The notes: generated from the sequence alone by a model not told the origin. Positions 24,961-38,446 are shown, counted from the stretch's first letter. The stretch: 64,000 nt of DNA from Camelus dromedarius (GCF_036321535.1 NC_087451.1:54250001-54314000); one strand, 5' to 3'. Program-made: numbers and translations.

Positions 24961-26297
24961 AAGAGTTTTAAATTATGATGAGACAGTCACATATCACATA
25001 AGTTTGCGCACAGTAGGTGTACAATCAATCATAATTGATGGCAGATGACCCCTCTCTTCTGAGGTCAAAACAACTGAGAATTTAAATGGCAGCAGTAAGA
25101 TGGACTTCTGGAGGAGGGATTTTCCAAGCATAAGACCTTCATCATCCAACAAATATTTTTAGAGCTCCTACTATGTGCCAGACACTGTTCTGGGTGCTTC
25201 TGATACAATTAGTGAAAAAAACAAGCAAAGATCTTTAGGAATAGTTGAGAAGGTCATGGAATTTGCCTGCTGGAAGGAAGGTCAGAAAAGTACAAAGCCC
25301 TCTTAGTGTGTTCCAGGGGAGTTATTTAGAGAGGATGAATTCAGGGAGTGCTGGGATTTGCCAGAAAATTAGAGAAGGTGAGCTCGAGGTTCCAGGTTAT
25401 GGAGATCATCAGACCAGTGGAGACCAGGTCTCCCCACTGAGTTCAGAGCAGGAAAGAGTGGATCCCTCCTGAGGTCACGAAGCACAGAGTTTCAGTATCT
25501 GGGATGGCTAGGTTCTGGGGTACCAGCTGGGAAACCCAGATATTTAGGATCCCTTCCCAGCCAGATAGGCAATGTCAGGAGAAAGCGCTGTCATCGTGTT
25601 CATGCATCTCCCCCTTGATTCTTTTCTCGGTCCCTCCAAGGAATTCTCACCACCCCAGTTATAAGGATGTTGTCCTGAAGGTTCCAGCACAAAACCCTCT
25701 CCCTCAGTGGCAGCAGAAGAAAGCAATGCCTCCTACCCTTTTCCAGGGTGGAGTAAGGACGAAGGAGCAAGGATGTCATTTGATGAGGTGGAGACCAAAG
25801 GCTCCTTCGCAAACACCCCTCCACCTCTCTTCATCTACCTCTTTTAGGCCCTGAAGCAGAGGGAGGAAGATGAAAGGGACAGAACTGACCTTGGAGGGGG
25901 TGGGGAAGAGATGGTGGGAGCTGACTGGGAACGGATTTCAGGAGCAGATAGAGGGGGTGGGGCGGAGGAGAGTAGAGATTCTAACAATCTCATTGGTTCC
26001 TTTGGCATCAAAGCATCCATTGGCTTTCAGCAAAGTAGAACCGATTAGGGTGTTTGTGTATTGGGGGGTGGTAGAAAAGGGGGTGCAGGATCCTCTACTA
26101 ATGTGTTAACTCTGTAAGGCTTCATATCTCCCTTCTTGTCCACACACACATACAGCCAAGAAATTCTCCAGGAGTCTGGCCTCACCAGGTCTTCATTCTG
26201 CAGTGACCCCTGTGATCTTCCAGCTGAGGAAAGAGACAGATATGAGAGCCCCTTCAAGGAATTACAAAACAAAGTTTTGGCTTGACATGTAAAAATC

Positions 26298-26655
26298 TTT
26301 TAATGTAAACATTTATTGAACTGTGACATGCATATAGAAAAGTGCCATTAAGTATAATGATATACGTAAATCACACGTTTAAAAAATGCAGTGAAATTTC
26401 ACAAAGTGAACACACCTGGGTAACCAGCTCCAGAAACAGAACATGATCATCACCCCAAAACCCTCTCTGTGTCCCTTCCAGTTACTAACCGCCTCAAGGG
26501 TAACAGAATTTCTACTCTGAGTTCGAAGGGTATACTGGGTTTTTTGTTTTTTGTGGTTTTTTTGCCTATTTTTGACCTTCATATAAATGCAGTCGTCTAC
26601 TGTGTGCTCTTTGGTATCTGGCCTCTTTTACCCCACATCTTCGTGAGATTCATCC
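26298..26655 (-). mobile_element. Old L1M (L1MB/MD/ME-type) 3' fragment
   Basis: Characteristic stretches ttttattgaa...catatagaaaagtgc, aacatgatcatcaccccaaaaccctc and tttggtatctggcctctttt...gtgagattcatcc. Confidence 0.7.
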
Positions 26656-27704
26656 TTTGTTTGAGTCTGAACCCATCTGTGAAGGATGGGCTGGGATATA
26701 TCAGAGAGTATCCCCTTTGGGTCTCAAACTCAGACTCCCCCAAGATCCCTTCCAGCACCCCCAGGTCCCAAACAGGGTGAACACTTTGGGAGACCTTGTC
26801 TTCTCAGGACTCCTATCCAAGCTGGGATCTGGGAACTGCTGGTCCCAGACCACACCCCTCCAAAGGGACTCCAGAGGAAGTCCCCAACCTGGGCAGGGTT
26901 AATTAGATGGCGCTTTGAGATCTCAGGATGAAAGGACTGCCTAGAGCCATTGTCCTTGGCCTCCCGTCCAGCTTGGCAGGGAGGGGAGGAAATACCCCAT
27001 CCCCTCTGGCCCCAGGGATGCGGCATCAGCTTATTGGGATTGGCATTGCCAAGCTCTGGAGGATTCTCTGTTCTGAGACACTCCTGCCTAAAGAGGCAGG
27101 GAGTCCGGTGGTGGGGGCGAGAGGTTGGGGAGTGGGGATTCAAGGGCCCACGCCCCTGGGGTCTGCCTCCCTGCCTNNNNNNNNNNNNNNNNNNNNNNNN
27201 NNNNNNNNNNNNNNNNNNNNNNNNNNNNNNNNNNNNNNNNNNNNNNNNNNNNNNNNNNNNNNNNNNNNNNNNNNNNNNNNNNNNNNNNNNNNNNNNNNNN
27301 NNNNNNNNNNNNNNNNNNNNNNNNNNNNNNNNNNNNNNNNNNNNNNNNNNNNNNNNNNNNNNNNNNNNNNNNCCCAGCTCCCAAGCCCCCTGCCTCAGGA
27401 ACCTTTCTCCTCCCCCCTTCTGCCTGTTCTAAAGCCCTGGCGGCAGCCTCAGCACCTGCCAATTATGGCTCCTCTGGTGACAAGTGGCCCTGTTTCTCTC
27501 TCAGGAGGGAAGACCCGTGAGAGTAGAGGGCTGGAGGGTGGGCCTGTGTGTGTACACGAAGGTCAGGGCTTGGAGGGTCTGGGTGGCAATAAGAGGGTTG
27601 CTGAGAGGCACCAAAGAGTAGGTGAGGGCCTGAGAGTATGAAAGTGCAAGTCTCCGATGGGAGCAGTTTACTGGTGGCCATGAGCCCCTGGGCTCTAATT
27701 CAAG

Positions 27705-27850
27705 CAGCTCTGGGTTGGGGTCTGTGTTCCACTACTTTATTAGCTGCATGACTTGGCTCTCATTTATTTGAGCCTCAGTTTTCTGCCCTGTAAAACGGGG
27801 ATATTAGTACCTACCTCACAGTGGTTATGAAGACTAGATGTGGGTGCCCT
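27705..27850 (+). mobile_element. MIR SINE
   Basis: Core ttgagcctcagttttctgccctgtaaaacggggatattagtacctacctcacag. Confidence 0.75.
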
Positions 27851-28354
27851 TTAGCAGGGGTGGATCTGAGCACGGGGAAGATGCCACTTTATGTAGAAAG
27901 GCTCTTGAACCCCCAGGACTGAGTTAGTCCCCATAGACCTCAGTGCTTACTCCTCTCCAGCCCTTAACACACTGCTGTGCAGCAATCTGTTTATTGGTCC
28001 GCATTTCCTATAGCCTTGCGAACAAATTCCTTGAGGCGTCATATTGATCTGCCGCCAGCCCAGTGCCCAGAACATAGCAGGTGCTCACTATTACAGACTG
28101 CGGTGTGGGAGTGGAGTGTGTGGTGGAGGCACATGAGTGCAGGGCTCCTCTGAAGTGTGCGAGGGTCTCTGCATCAGCATGAGAGTGCGTGTGACCACCG
28201 TGTGTCACCGTGTCACAGTGAGGGGGGTATGTGAGTGATCGATGTGGGCAGATGGGGAGTGGAGCAACTCCACTGTGTCTGTCTGTCTTTGGGTCTGAAT
28301 GAGCCTCTCAGTGAGTGATGACCTATGAGGGTGTGTGGATGAGTGAGGAGCTAT

Positions 28355-28356
<2 letters not shown>

Positions 28357-28404
<48 letters not shown>
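28357..28404 (+). repeat. Perfect (GT)24 microsatellite
   Basis: Direct reading; it sits within a GT-rich low-complexity stretch at about 28100-28560. Confidence 0.95.
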
Positions 28405-28408
<4 letters not shown>

Positions 28409-31400
28409 TGGCAGAGGATCTCTATGTGTGATTGTGAAACTCTATGCAGGAGGAGATGTATCCATCTGTGTCAGGGGTGTGAGGAGCAGTGAGGGACATA
28501 TGCAAGTCTGAGCTTCCAGTGGTGGTGAGGTCTTTAGTGGAGCAAATAAGGTCCCCAACCAGGGGGAGCTTCTTCCTTCCCTGGTTCTTCACCTCAAGGC
28601 TGGGAGAGAAAAAAGGCAAGAGCCCACTCCTTCCCCAGAGAGGGCTAAGTGGGTGGCCGCCACCACCCTAACACCACAGTCCTCCTCCCCCATCCTGGTC
28701 CAGTGGAACAGATGAGGTGCTGGTGGTGGGTTGCCTTGGGAGGCCCAGGGAGCTAGGAAGGTCCAGGACTGGCTGTGGAGGCAAACAGCCCTTGCACAGG
28801 AGGCCCGATTCCATAGTTCCTGTGTTGGAGGTGGGATTCTATACTCAGCCCTTTAATGGTCCTACTAACCAAAAGCAAGGAAGTTCTTCTTGGTGTCTAA
28901 CTCAAATCCTCTATATTCCAGGCCAACCCTGGGCCCTCCCCTCGCACTGTCAGAATCCTTACATAGACATGAACCATTGATCGTGGGTACCCTGGATCCT
29001 GAAGTCAGGGGGCGCTGACATCACTGTTTCCCCACTTTCCTTCTAAGCCCTATTGTTTCTCTTCACCTTCCCACATCCCCTCCTCTGACTCTGTCCATCC
29101 CAGTTCATCCTGACAGCAGATCCTTCTGGGAGTCTAACTGACTTCCCTCCTGTTCTCAAGTCCTGTATGCGGGCTGGGTGCAGGGGGACCCCACGGAAGC
29201 CAGGTGATGAGACGGGGTCTGACGGCCTGGCTGAGGTCATCAGCCACTGAAGTACGTCAGCGGAGGGTGTGTATGTCCCAGCCGGCCACACAACCTCCCT
29301 TTCATCCTTTGTTCTGCCAGCCCGGCCCATTCCCACCGCGGATTCTTGGATTCCCAGCGTGGCATGTCCGATGAGCCAGAGTCTTCGCCCGGACACGATC
29401 CTTTCCCGGCCCTGCCCTCTGCTCACCTCCTCCTCCCTGTCTCCCTCCCAGTCACAGGGAAACCACTTTCAGGGTGCGGGGTGGGGGCAGTTGATTGCCA
29501 TCTCCCTCCTGCTTGCCCCTCTCCTTCCCAAGCCCCCACTGGCCACCAGGGCAATTGTGGTCAGACACAAGAAAGAACTTTTACAGGTATCATGAAGTGG
29601 AGAACTTGGGCAGGTGGCAGGCCCCACTTTCCCTGGGAGCAAAGGAGTGCTGGCCAATGGGTTGAGAGGGAAAGGAACATATGTGCCTGAGCAGAAAGGT
29701 GGGGGGTGGGGAGGGAACTTCTCTGGTTTTCCTTCTGCCCTCGATGCCATCCTCAACCCTTTGTTCCCAACAGATGTCTGGCTGCTCCAGTCTGGCAGCC
29801 AATCCCCGAAGATTTCTCCATTCCCCTTGGCGTAAAACTGGGTTTCCACATCCTGGAATTGGCTGCTCACATTGGACCCTCCCAGCGGCCTGCCTGACCC
29901 GGTGTCCTGGCTCCCAGCCCTTTTCCAGGCATCACGATGCCTCCCCAACCTGGGCCCATCTTCCTCCTCATCTCCAAGAATTCTGTGGCTTGAATCTTCT
30001 ACTCCAAAAGCCTCCTCACATCTTCCTTCCCTTCCTTCTCCAGGGAGATCTCACTTCCTGCCCCTGGTGGCCCCTGTTCTTTCAGCCAGAGTCTATGCCA
30101 GTGTCTCTCCTGGCATGTGTGTTGGGTCTTCCATAAGTAAGCCAGGAGTTCCCTGAGGATGGGGCCTGGAGCTTCCCTTACTCCAATTAGAAATACCCTA
30201 GAGATAGGAATCTTGATCTTTTCCCAATTTCCAGAAAAGTCTATGACAGCTGGGCTTGAAGAAGTAAGGGAGAGCAATCATCAGAGAAGGTGATGAGAAA
30301 GAACTGACAAAGTGCAAGGATGGGTCAGGAAGGTCTCTCCTTGAGCTCTGGCTCAGGGAGCCGGGCAGAGAAGAGAAGGAGGAGTTATGGAAGTTTAGTG
30401 GGGATTGGCAGGGCAGGAAGAGAGAAAGTCTTCGTGGCTTCTCTGGTGGGTCTGACGAGAGTGCCCCTGGAAGGGTTTACCAAAGAGAAGTTTGGGAGAA
30501 GTGAGCTTCCTTCCTATGGTGGAGGCCAGCTTCGGGACCAGTTGTTGAGACGGAGGGAACTGGCTCCATTGGTCCCTCTTTCCCCAGGCCTGCGTGCCTG
30601 GCAGTAATATTTGGGTGCCATGGGCTCACTGGAGACATCCTGAGTCATAAAAAGTGCTAACAAAAGTCCTCAGGCATCCTCCAATCTTGGCCTGGAAGGG
30701 AACCCATTGGGCTCTAATCCTGGATCTGCCATTAATTAATTCGCTGAGTGATCTCTGGCAAGTTCCTCAACTTCTCTGGGCCTCCTTTCCTGTCCCGCCC
30801 CTCCACCCCATGAACAGGTGCCTGAGAGAGGAGGTGGAGTTTCTCCAGCCTGGCTCTGAGGCAGGAGGATGGGTGAGATGACCTCCTGGGAGTCCCTTTT
30901 GGCGCCAGTGGTCAGAGCCTCTCCCCGGTCAGTGGAGGAGGTTGACCAGGGGGACGTAGTCTTGCTTCACTCCTGATGGGAACATTAATCTCTCCACACC
31001 TCCTTCTCTACCCTTCTCAGGCTGCCTCCTGTGCCCTGGGCCTCCTCCCCTGACACTCCTCATCTTCCTGCCCACCTGGGGCCCTGCACAGGAGCAGGAG
31101 AAAACCCNNNNNNNNNNNNNNNNNNNNNNNNNNNNNNNNNNNNNNNNNNNNNNNNNNNNNNNNNNNNNNNNNNNNNNNNNNNNNNNNNNNNNNNNNNNNN
31201 NNNNNNNNNNNNNNNNNNNNNNNNNNNNNNNNNNNNNNNNNNNNNNNTTGAGCGTGCCTTCGCTCTCCTTCTCTCCCCCTCTCTCCCTCTTCCCTTCTAA
31301 TTACTGCAGCTTCCAAGCTGTTGGCATGAGTTGATGCCAGGCTGTCATTTGCCAACTGCCCCAGGATCTCACCTCTCTGGTGTGGATGGGGGGGATGGAG

Positions 31401-32608
31401 CCACGGGAACAAGGTCGAGTGGCTCCCAGTTCAGCTCCTGCCAGGCCTGAAGCCTTACCTGGCACCACCACGGAGGCAGGAAGAGGGCCGGGGCAGAGGG
31501 CGGCTCGCCAGGGCCTGGGAGGGCCATCAGCTCTGGGCTTGGGCGCCTTGATGCCCGGGGAGGGGACTGTCACGGCCTGGTGGGCTTTCCCCCGTGGACT
31601 GCTCATGTTTCCCAATCAGCCCTCCTGCCTTATCCTCTCTGATTCCAGCCTAGAAGTTGAACTCTCTAGTGGCACCTGGGCAAGAGAATGGACCATGGCC
31701 GCCTACCGGGGTCAAGATTCATTTAGGGGAAGACAGGATGGGGAGGAGAGAGCCTGTAGCTCATCAATGCTCCCACTAAGAAGTCCAGTGTACTGAAACA
31801 TCACAGGACCCTATTATACTCATCCTAAGGACCCCCTCCTTCCTTCTTTCCTTCCACCTCTCTATCCTTCCATTCACCCACTCAACAAACTTATAAAGCC
31901 CTCAGAGAGTGCCAGGCACCATTCCAAGCACTGGGAGTGGAGTGATGAACAAGAATCCCTGCCTCCACGGAGCTGGTGTTCGAGTGTGTAGTATGTTAGT
32001 TGCAAGGGGATGGGGCTGTGCCCAGTATGTGCCTAGAACAGAGCAGGCACTTAAACATTTACTGAATGAGTGACTAAATGCCCGGTCTGAATCAGAGGTG
32101 ACACTATGAAAGTTCAGCTAGTGAAGGAAAAAAAGAATCAGTTATTTAACCCCTTCCCTGCCATGCCCTGCGGCCCTCTACCGTGGTCCTAAGCCAGGGT
32201 GTGAAGGGACAGCTGATGCATGGAGAGCAGGCAGACGCCAGGCTCCGGGCCGCACTGCTGCTTGGCGCTGGGCGCCCTCTAAAACAACAAACTTCATGTC
32301 TCTAATTCGGCACTTCCTGTTTGTCTCGATATTATCTCCCGTCCTTGAAGCCCACAGGCCCAGTCAGGGATGGGGCAAAGGGCCGGAGCTTCGGAGACTC
32401 AGAGAGAGGGAGAGGCCAGGATGCCCTCCCCCAGGTTTCTAGGCTGTGCCCAGGGGCACTGGGCAGAGGGTGGAGCTCTAATGCTCCAGGGCACTCAGTG
32501 AGGAGCCCTGGGCACCCACACTACAGGAGGTTCCTAGATTCTGAGTTCTGGTCCTCACAGGTTCTTGGGTCAATGACACTCCTTTCCTGCTATGACTCTT
32601 GGTTTTCT

Positions 32609-32771
32609 TTATTTTTTAATTTTTTAGTTGGGGGGAGGTAATTAGGTTTGTTTGTTTGTTTGTTTGTTTGTTTATTTATTTATTTATTCTTAGAGGAGAT
32701 AGTGGGGATTGAACCCAGGACCTCATGCATTCTAAGCATGTGCTCTACCACTTGAGCTATACCCACCCCCC
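32609..32771 (-). mobile_element. tRNA-Ala-derived SINE (camelid Vic-1-like) with target-site duplication
   Basis: The reverse complement reads ggtatagctcaagtggtagagcacatgcttagaatgcatgaggtcctgggttcaatcccc (A/B boxes, tRNA-Ala-AGC-like), then an AT-rich tail. Flanking direct repeats are GACTCTTGGTTTTCT 32594-32608 and GACTGTTGGTTTTCT 32772-32786 (15 bp, 1 mismatch). Confidence 0.85.
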
Positions 32772-33724
32772 GACTGTTGGTTTTCTGAACACTGCAGAAC
32801 ACGGGTATTCAGGGTGGGAATCACCAAGCTTCACTGCCCTCTCTTTCTCATTCTCATGGCTGGGAAGTTCTTCTTGAAGTCTAACTTCAGTACCTTTCAG
32901 TAGCCTCTGGGGAACGGCTCCGACTTTGGGTGTTTTAAGCACCCAAGTCTTATGTGTCTCAGGTTCCCGAATCAATATTGTAGGCACCTTACAGATGAAG
33001 CTTCTAGATTTTAAAGTTCCTGGGACCAGCTGTCTCCCATAAATGCAGCCCCTCACTGTGTGAGTGTGTCCACCGTGCTAGGCATCAAGATGGCTGCCCT
33101 GTGGGTGGTAAGATCAGGGCAAATTCCAGACAGGCCCCCACCCTGGCCAGAGGGGCAGCCTCTGCCACCCCCAGAGCTCCAGGTAATAACCTAGGGGCCA
33201 CGCCAGGCTCGCCAGCACCTGAGCCACCGGCAGCAGATAATGACTGGGGAGCTGGGCAGGCAGAGCCAACCCCTCAATCAGGAAGCAAATTAAAAAGAGG
33301 AGGAATCTCCCAGACAGACCACAACAATGAGACCGGCCCCCTTTCCAGGGCACTGCTTGCCCTCCCCACTCTCCACCAGATTTCGCCTGCCAGGTCCTGA
33401 TACCCAGCCCTCCCCTCTAGTTCCCCTCTCCTGGGATCCAGCTGGAGGGTGTCCGGGAGACCCTGGCTTCAGGTTGGTGGCAGTGCCCAGCTGGCCAGGA
33501 CATAGGATCTTGGGCCTCTCAGTGAGCCTCATCTGCCAACCTGATCTTGGATTCCTGACAGGGCCCTGGGCACAGCAGGGGGTGTAAGAGGAAGGGTCAG
33601 AGTGTGCTTTTGGTGCAGCCTCTTGATGCCCAGGAGGCAAACTCTGGGTGGCTGTGACAAAGGGATTTTATAGAGAACCCACCCACCCCTGGCCTGACAG
33701 CCTCTTCTCCTCTGCAAAGGGCGC

Positions 33725-34290
33725 AATTCAATTCAGTGCAACCCATATTTATTACACACTCAGCACTAGTCATTGCACGAGATGCTTGGAGGGGGAATAA
33801 AAAGATGAACAGAGAAAACTCCAGTCTCTCCAGGAGCTCATGATCTGACACACAAACAACTAATCATATCACCCGTCGGGCAGTTTTAAGCCCTCTGTCT
33901 TTTGGGACTCTGGGAGCACAGAAAAGGGTAACTTAGAGAACTGAAGAAGGCTTCATAGATAAGGGGGACATATGAGTTGGGCTTCAAAGGATCAATAGGA
34001 GCTCACAGGCAGAGAAATGGGGGAGAGCATTTTAGACAAGGAAGAGTATGGGGCATAAAAATGTAGAGACAATAAGGATGGAGGAGAAGCCCTTTGTGAC
34101 TGGAGCCTGGGAAGGGACAGCAGTGAGATTGGGAAGGTAGCCTGAGACCAGATGGGGAAATGGGGCTTAAAATCCAGGCCAAATGGTATGGACTTTCTCC
34201 TGTAGGTAATGGAGAACTATTGAACGTTTCTGAGCTGAGGCATGACATGATCAAGATTCTGTCAACCGGGTAAGAAGAATTCAAACTGCC
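33725..34290 (-). mobile_element. LINE-2 fragment
   Basis: Begins with a reversed L2 tail (attcaattcag...atatttatt) followed by typical purine-rich reverse L2 body. Boundaries are approximate. Confidence 0.6.
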
Positions 34291-37200
34291 CACAGAGGAA
34301 CAAGGGGGATGCTGCTTTTTCTGCCTCTGCTTTTCTCCATGGCTGCTGTCCAGCCAGCCCTCTCCTCCAGCTCCCACTCAGTGCCCTTGCTCCTTTTGTC
34401 CCAAACCTCCAACTCTGTTCCCAGCAGGCTGACAGGGCAGAGCGCTTCCCTCTCCCTAGCTCTCTCCCCACCGCTTCGTGTCCCAGATGTCTTGCTGGGT
34501 CCTTCCGCCTCCATCACACAACTGGGGTGGAGGAGCCATAGGACAGCTGGTGGGGAAGCTGGGCTCACTTTCTTCATGCATTTTTGGGTGTCAAGCCTTC
34601 TGTTGTGTCTTCCCTCCTGATCCAGTCTTCTGCCTTCACTGCTACCCTCCCCAGCTGAGGAGCTTCTGGAAGCTCTGAGTCCAGGGAAGCATTTTTCCAG
34701 TTTACTCAGCTGTGGCTTGTCCACTTCCCTTCTCAAAGAAAGGTGCTGGGCTGAGGACTGTGTGGCATGAAAAGGACATGCTTCCTGTCCTCTAGGAGCC
34801 TGCCGACCAGCAGGGAGTTGGATAAGAGGACAACTCCATGGCAACAGAGCAGGCAGCAATCAATGCTAGGCACATTCAAAGGAGCAAGCCAGTGCCACGC
34901 TGATAAAAAAAAAATGACTTCATAGAGAAAACAGCGTTTGAGCCTGGAGCTTGGAGAATAATCAGCTTTCTTGAAGGCAGAGATGAGCTGACAGGATGGA
35001 AATAGTTGGAGCAGAAGTAGGAAGTCTAGACATCTTCAGTGAACATTAAATCCAGTGGGCTGGGCTGGAAGGTTTGTACAAGGACCAATGGAAGTGAAGG
35101 CTGCGAAGATGATGGAGGCCAAGTAGGAAGGTCTTAAATGTCACAGTTAGCCCAGGGGAGCCACTGGGTGTATTTGAGGTGAAGAATGCCAGGATGGAAT
35201 GGCTTTTTCGGATGATTAATCTGTTACTGGTCTGCAAAACAGCTTAGGTGGGTGGGCCCAGAAGTGGCAGAAAACTCATAGGAGACCTACAAAATAGTCC
35301 AGATGAGAAGTAATTCCCATCACCAAGTTAGCACTTCTCTAGAACTTTCACAGATGAGTGCCCATTTCCAACTCATTCATTCATTCATTCAACAAATATT
35401 TAAGCAGCACTTACTAAATACTAGAAACCATTTCAGGCTATTTCTCCATTCCTTTCTCCACTCTCTCTTTCTCTCACTCTCTCTCATTTTTGGACTTGAA
35501 AACAAAGGTAAACTCTCACCCACACACATCTGGGGACCTCAGCCCAGCATCCTCCTCCTCCCACACACAAGGTAATCTAGTAGCTCCTGCCTTTGGAGCA
35601 GGTATATGGGAAAAAATTAGAGACTGGCAGGGCACACAGTAAAAGATTTGGGGGATGGTAGGAGATAGGAAAATCTAAGGTCATGAGGGTCAGCAGCTTG
35701 TGCAGCAGAAAGCTCTTGATGGGGGAGCAAAGCTGACAGCTAAGTGTAGGGGAGACCCAGGATCTCTGGGGGAGGGAGGCTGGGGAGGGAGGGAGGAAAG
35801 AGGTGGAGAGAAAAGTGGGAGACAGGCCTCTGGGTGAGGATGGGGGCCAGGAGGGAGGGAAGGACAAATTAGAGAGCTGGGGAAGGAAGTAGAGTCTTAG
35901 CAGCTAGAGGTGGGTGAGGGAGGAGGTGGGGACTGGGAGGCGAGGGCAGAGGAAATGGGCCCAGGCACTGGAGACAAAAGTCTGGGAGTCTGAGCCTCTG
36001 AGGAGCCACCTGGAAGGTGCAGGCTGCGGCAACATCAAACTTGGGATCCGAGGGTTGGCTCTGGGAGAGAGCTGGAACTGGGGCGGGGCGGGGGGGGGGG
36101 GTGGTGGTGACTGCGGGGTGGGGGGGGGAGCCAAGAGCAAGTAAGAGGGGTTTGAATCTACAATGAACCCGGCTGGATCTTCCAATTCATCCAACACCCC
36201 CCTTTTCTTCCGAATGCCAGAGCCTGGGCTCCAGAGTCCCACCCCCCCACATGTAGGTTGAGGCCCCATTATGCCCACCCCCAGCTTTCCTACCTCGTCA
36301 TTGGTGGTGGGAAAGCACGCTGTTCCGAGGTAGGAATAGAAGAGGAAAGGGGGTCTCCTGCCAGATAGGGTCCAGGTGAACCAAAGTCCCGGTAAAACCT
36401 TTTCCCGCAAATGAGTCAGGGTCTCCATATACCCTTTACTCATCAGAGAGCTGGGGAGGGGTGCAGGCCAGCAGTCAGGGCCAAGGGCTTCATCTTTTTC
36501 CTCCCCCTAAATCCCCCCACCCCAAGANNNNNNNNNNNNNNNNNNNNNNNNNNNNNNNNNNNNNNNNNNNNNNNNNNNNNNNNNNNNNNNNNNNNNNNNN
36601 NNNNNNNNNNNNNNNNNNNNNNNNNNNNNNNNNNNNNNNNNNNNNNNNNNNNNNNNNNNNNNNNNNNNNNNNNNNNNNNNNNNNNNNNNNNNNNNNNNNN
36701 NNNNNNNNNNNNNNNNNNNNNNNNNNNNNNNNNNNNNNNNNNNNNNNCCCCCACCATTCTGATTTTCTGGGCTGGAAGGTGGGGAGGGACTGGGAAGCCC
36801 CTCCCTGGAGCCTGCCTCAGTCCTGACGCCTGGGCTCCCCCAGGGAGCTGTGCCTGAGCCCTGTCCTCTTAATTTCACCTGGGATTAAAGGGAAGGGTGC
36901 AGCTCTGCCTCCTAAGCCCCCCATTTCTCTACTCTCTCCTGCCTGATGGGTGGCTTTCTGCTGAGATTTTTTTCCACTCTCTTAAGGGCCTCAACGTTCT
37001 CATCTCTGAAATGGGTAGAGGAAGGACCTGTTGGGGCTTTTACAGGATAATTACTGAAAAGCTAATGAAGGGACTGGGAATCCCCAGTCTAGAGATTTCT
37101 GGGGGTTTAGGGTGAGGAGCCAGACAAGAGTTCAGGGTTTAGACTCCCTGACTCACCCTGTGGGAGACTTGGTGGGGGAGGCGGCATGCAGGCCCTGGGC

Positions 37201-37635
37201 TACTGGGTTCTGTGTGTGTGGAGAGGGACACACAGCAGTTCCTGTTCCCAATACCAAGGGCATTGGGCTGTGGCTGAGAATGGGATGCAATCACGTGAGG
37301 TCTCCAAGCCACTCTCCCATGTGGGTCAGAATGCCTCACTTCAGAGAGATCTGGGAAATGGGTCTTATTCTGTTTCATCTCCTTTCTTCTTCCTGGTCTT
37401 CTGTCCCTCTCTGCCCCAGGACATGCTCCTGTTAGCCAACACACCTAAACTCACAACCACCCTAAAATTAAGTTCATGTATATAGTTGGGGGCCGTGGGG
37501 ACCCAACTAAATTCACCTCCAGGCCCTTTCTCCCTTTCCAGGCCATGTTCCTAGCCTCTTCACCCTGCTGGTATTATTTGGTATTATTTGTTTCTTGAGT
37601 GGGGCGTAACTAGATTTCTTCATTGATTTCGGCTT

Positions 37636-37714
37636 GGAGGAGGTACCGGGGATTGAACGCTGGGCCTCTGGGGTATTGAGCTTGCGCTCTACCTGTTGAG
37701 CTACTCCTTTCCCC
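37636..37714 (-). mobile_element. Older tRNA-derived SINE head
   Basis: Reverse complement ggagtagctcaacaggtagagcgcaagctc...gcgttcaatccccggtacctcc has A-box and B-box features but is degenerate. Confidence 0.55.
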
Positions 37715-38446
37715 TTCACTCTCCTGAAGTTCTGGGATTCCTGAACTGTCTATAAAAGTTCTTGGCTGGGCTCTGCCTCTGGTCCTAGGTGACCTCTTGT
37801 CCATCCCAATCTGCCTCACTCTGTCCTAAGTCAGGGAGAGGATCTTCCTTGATCCCAGATCCAAAAGGTGGATTATACTGGATCCACCTGGTGGTTCCGC
37901 ATTGGGAAGTAACTGAAAAAGGGACAAAGAAAAGGGAGGAGGAACGAGGCTCCAGTAGAGGCAGGAGAGACTAGCAGCTGCCAGAATAACCAGCAGCACT
38001 GCTGGGGAGCTCTGCAGGGACGGACCACATGAAGGGGTGTGTGTGTGTGTGTGTGTGTGGTCTTAAAAGTGGTGTCTCCTTCTTTCCCACCAAGTCCATG
38101 GAGAGGGGTAGAATTTGGAGAGTTCCAGCCATCCCAGCTCTCTTCCCTGGCGATATTCTCATTTCCTCCATCCTGCAAGAACTACTTTGTCCCTCTTCCT
38201 CTGCCTGTCCAACCTCTGGGGAGGGAAGGATGTCCTGCTTACCGCACCCTCAGCTGCTTCTTCCAGCTGAAATCCTCCTTTCCTGGCAGACCTCAGAGAC
38301 TCAGATCTCACCCCTACCACTCCCCCAAGAGAGCCGGGGGCCACTGTTTCCTGGATTATCCTAAAAGCTTCCGAGGCCGTGAGGACTTGGCAGCATCCCT
38401 GCCCGAGTCTCTCACCTCCCCCTCTGGCTCTGACTGTTGCCTCCTT

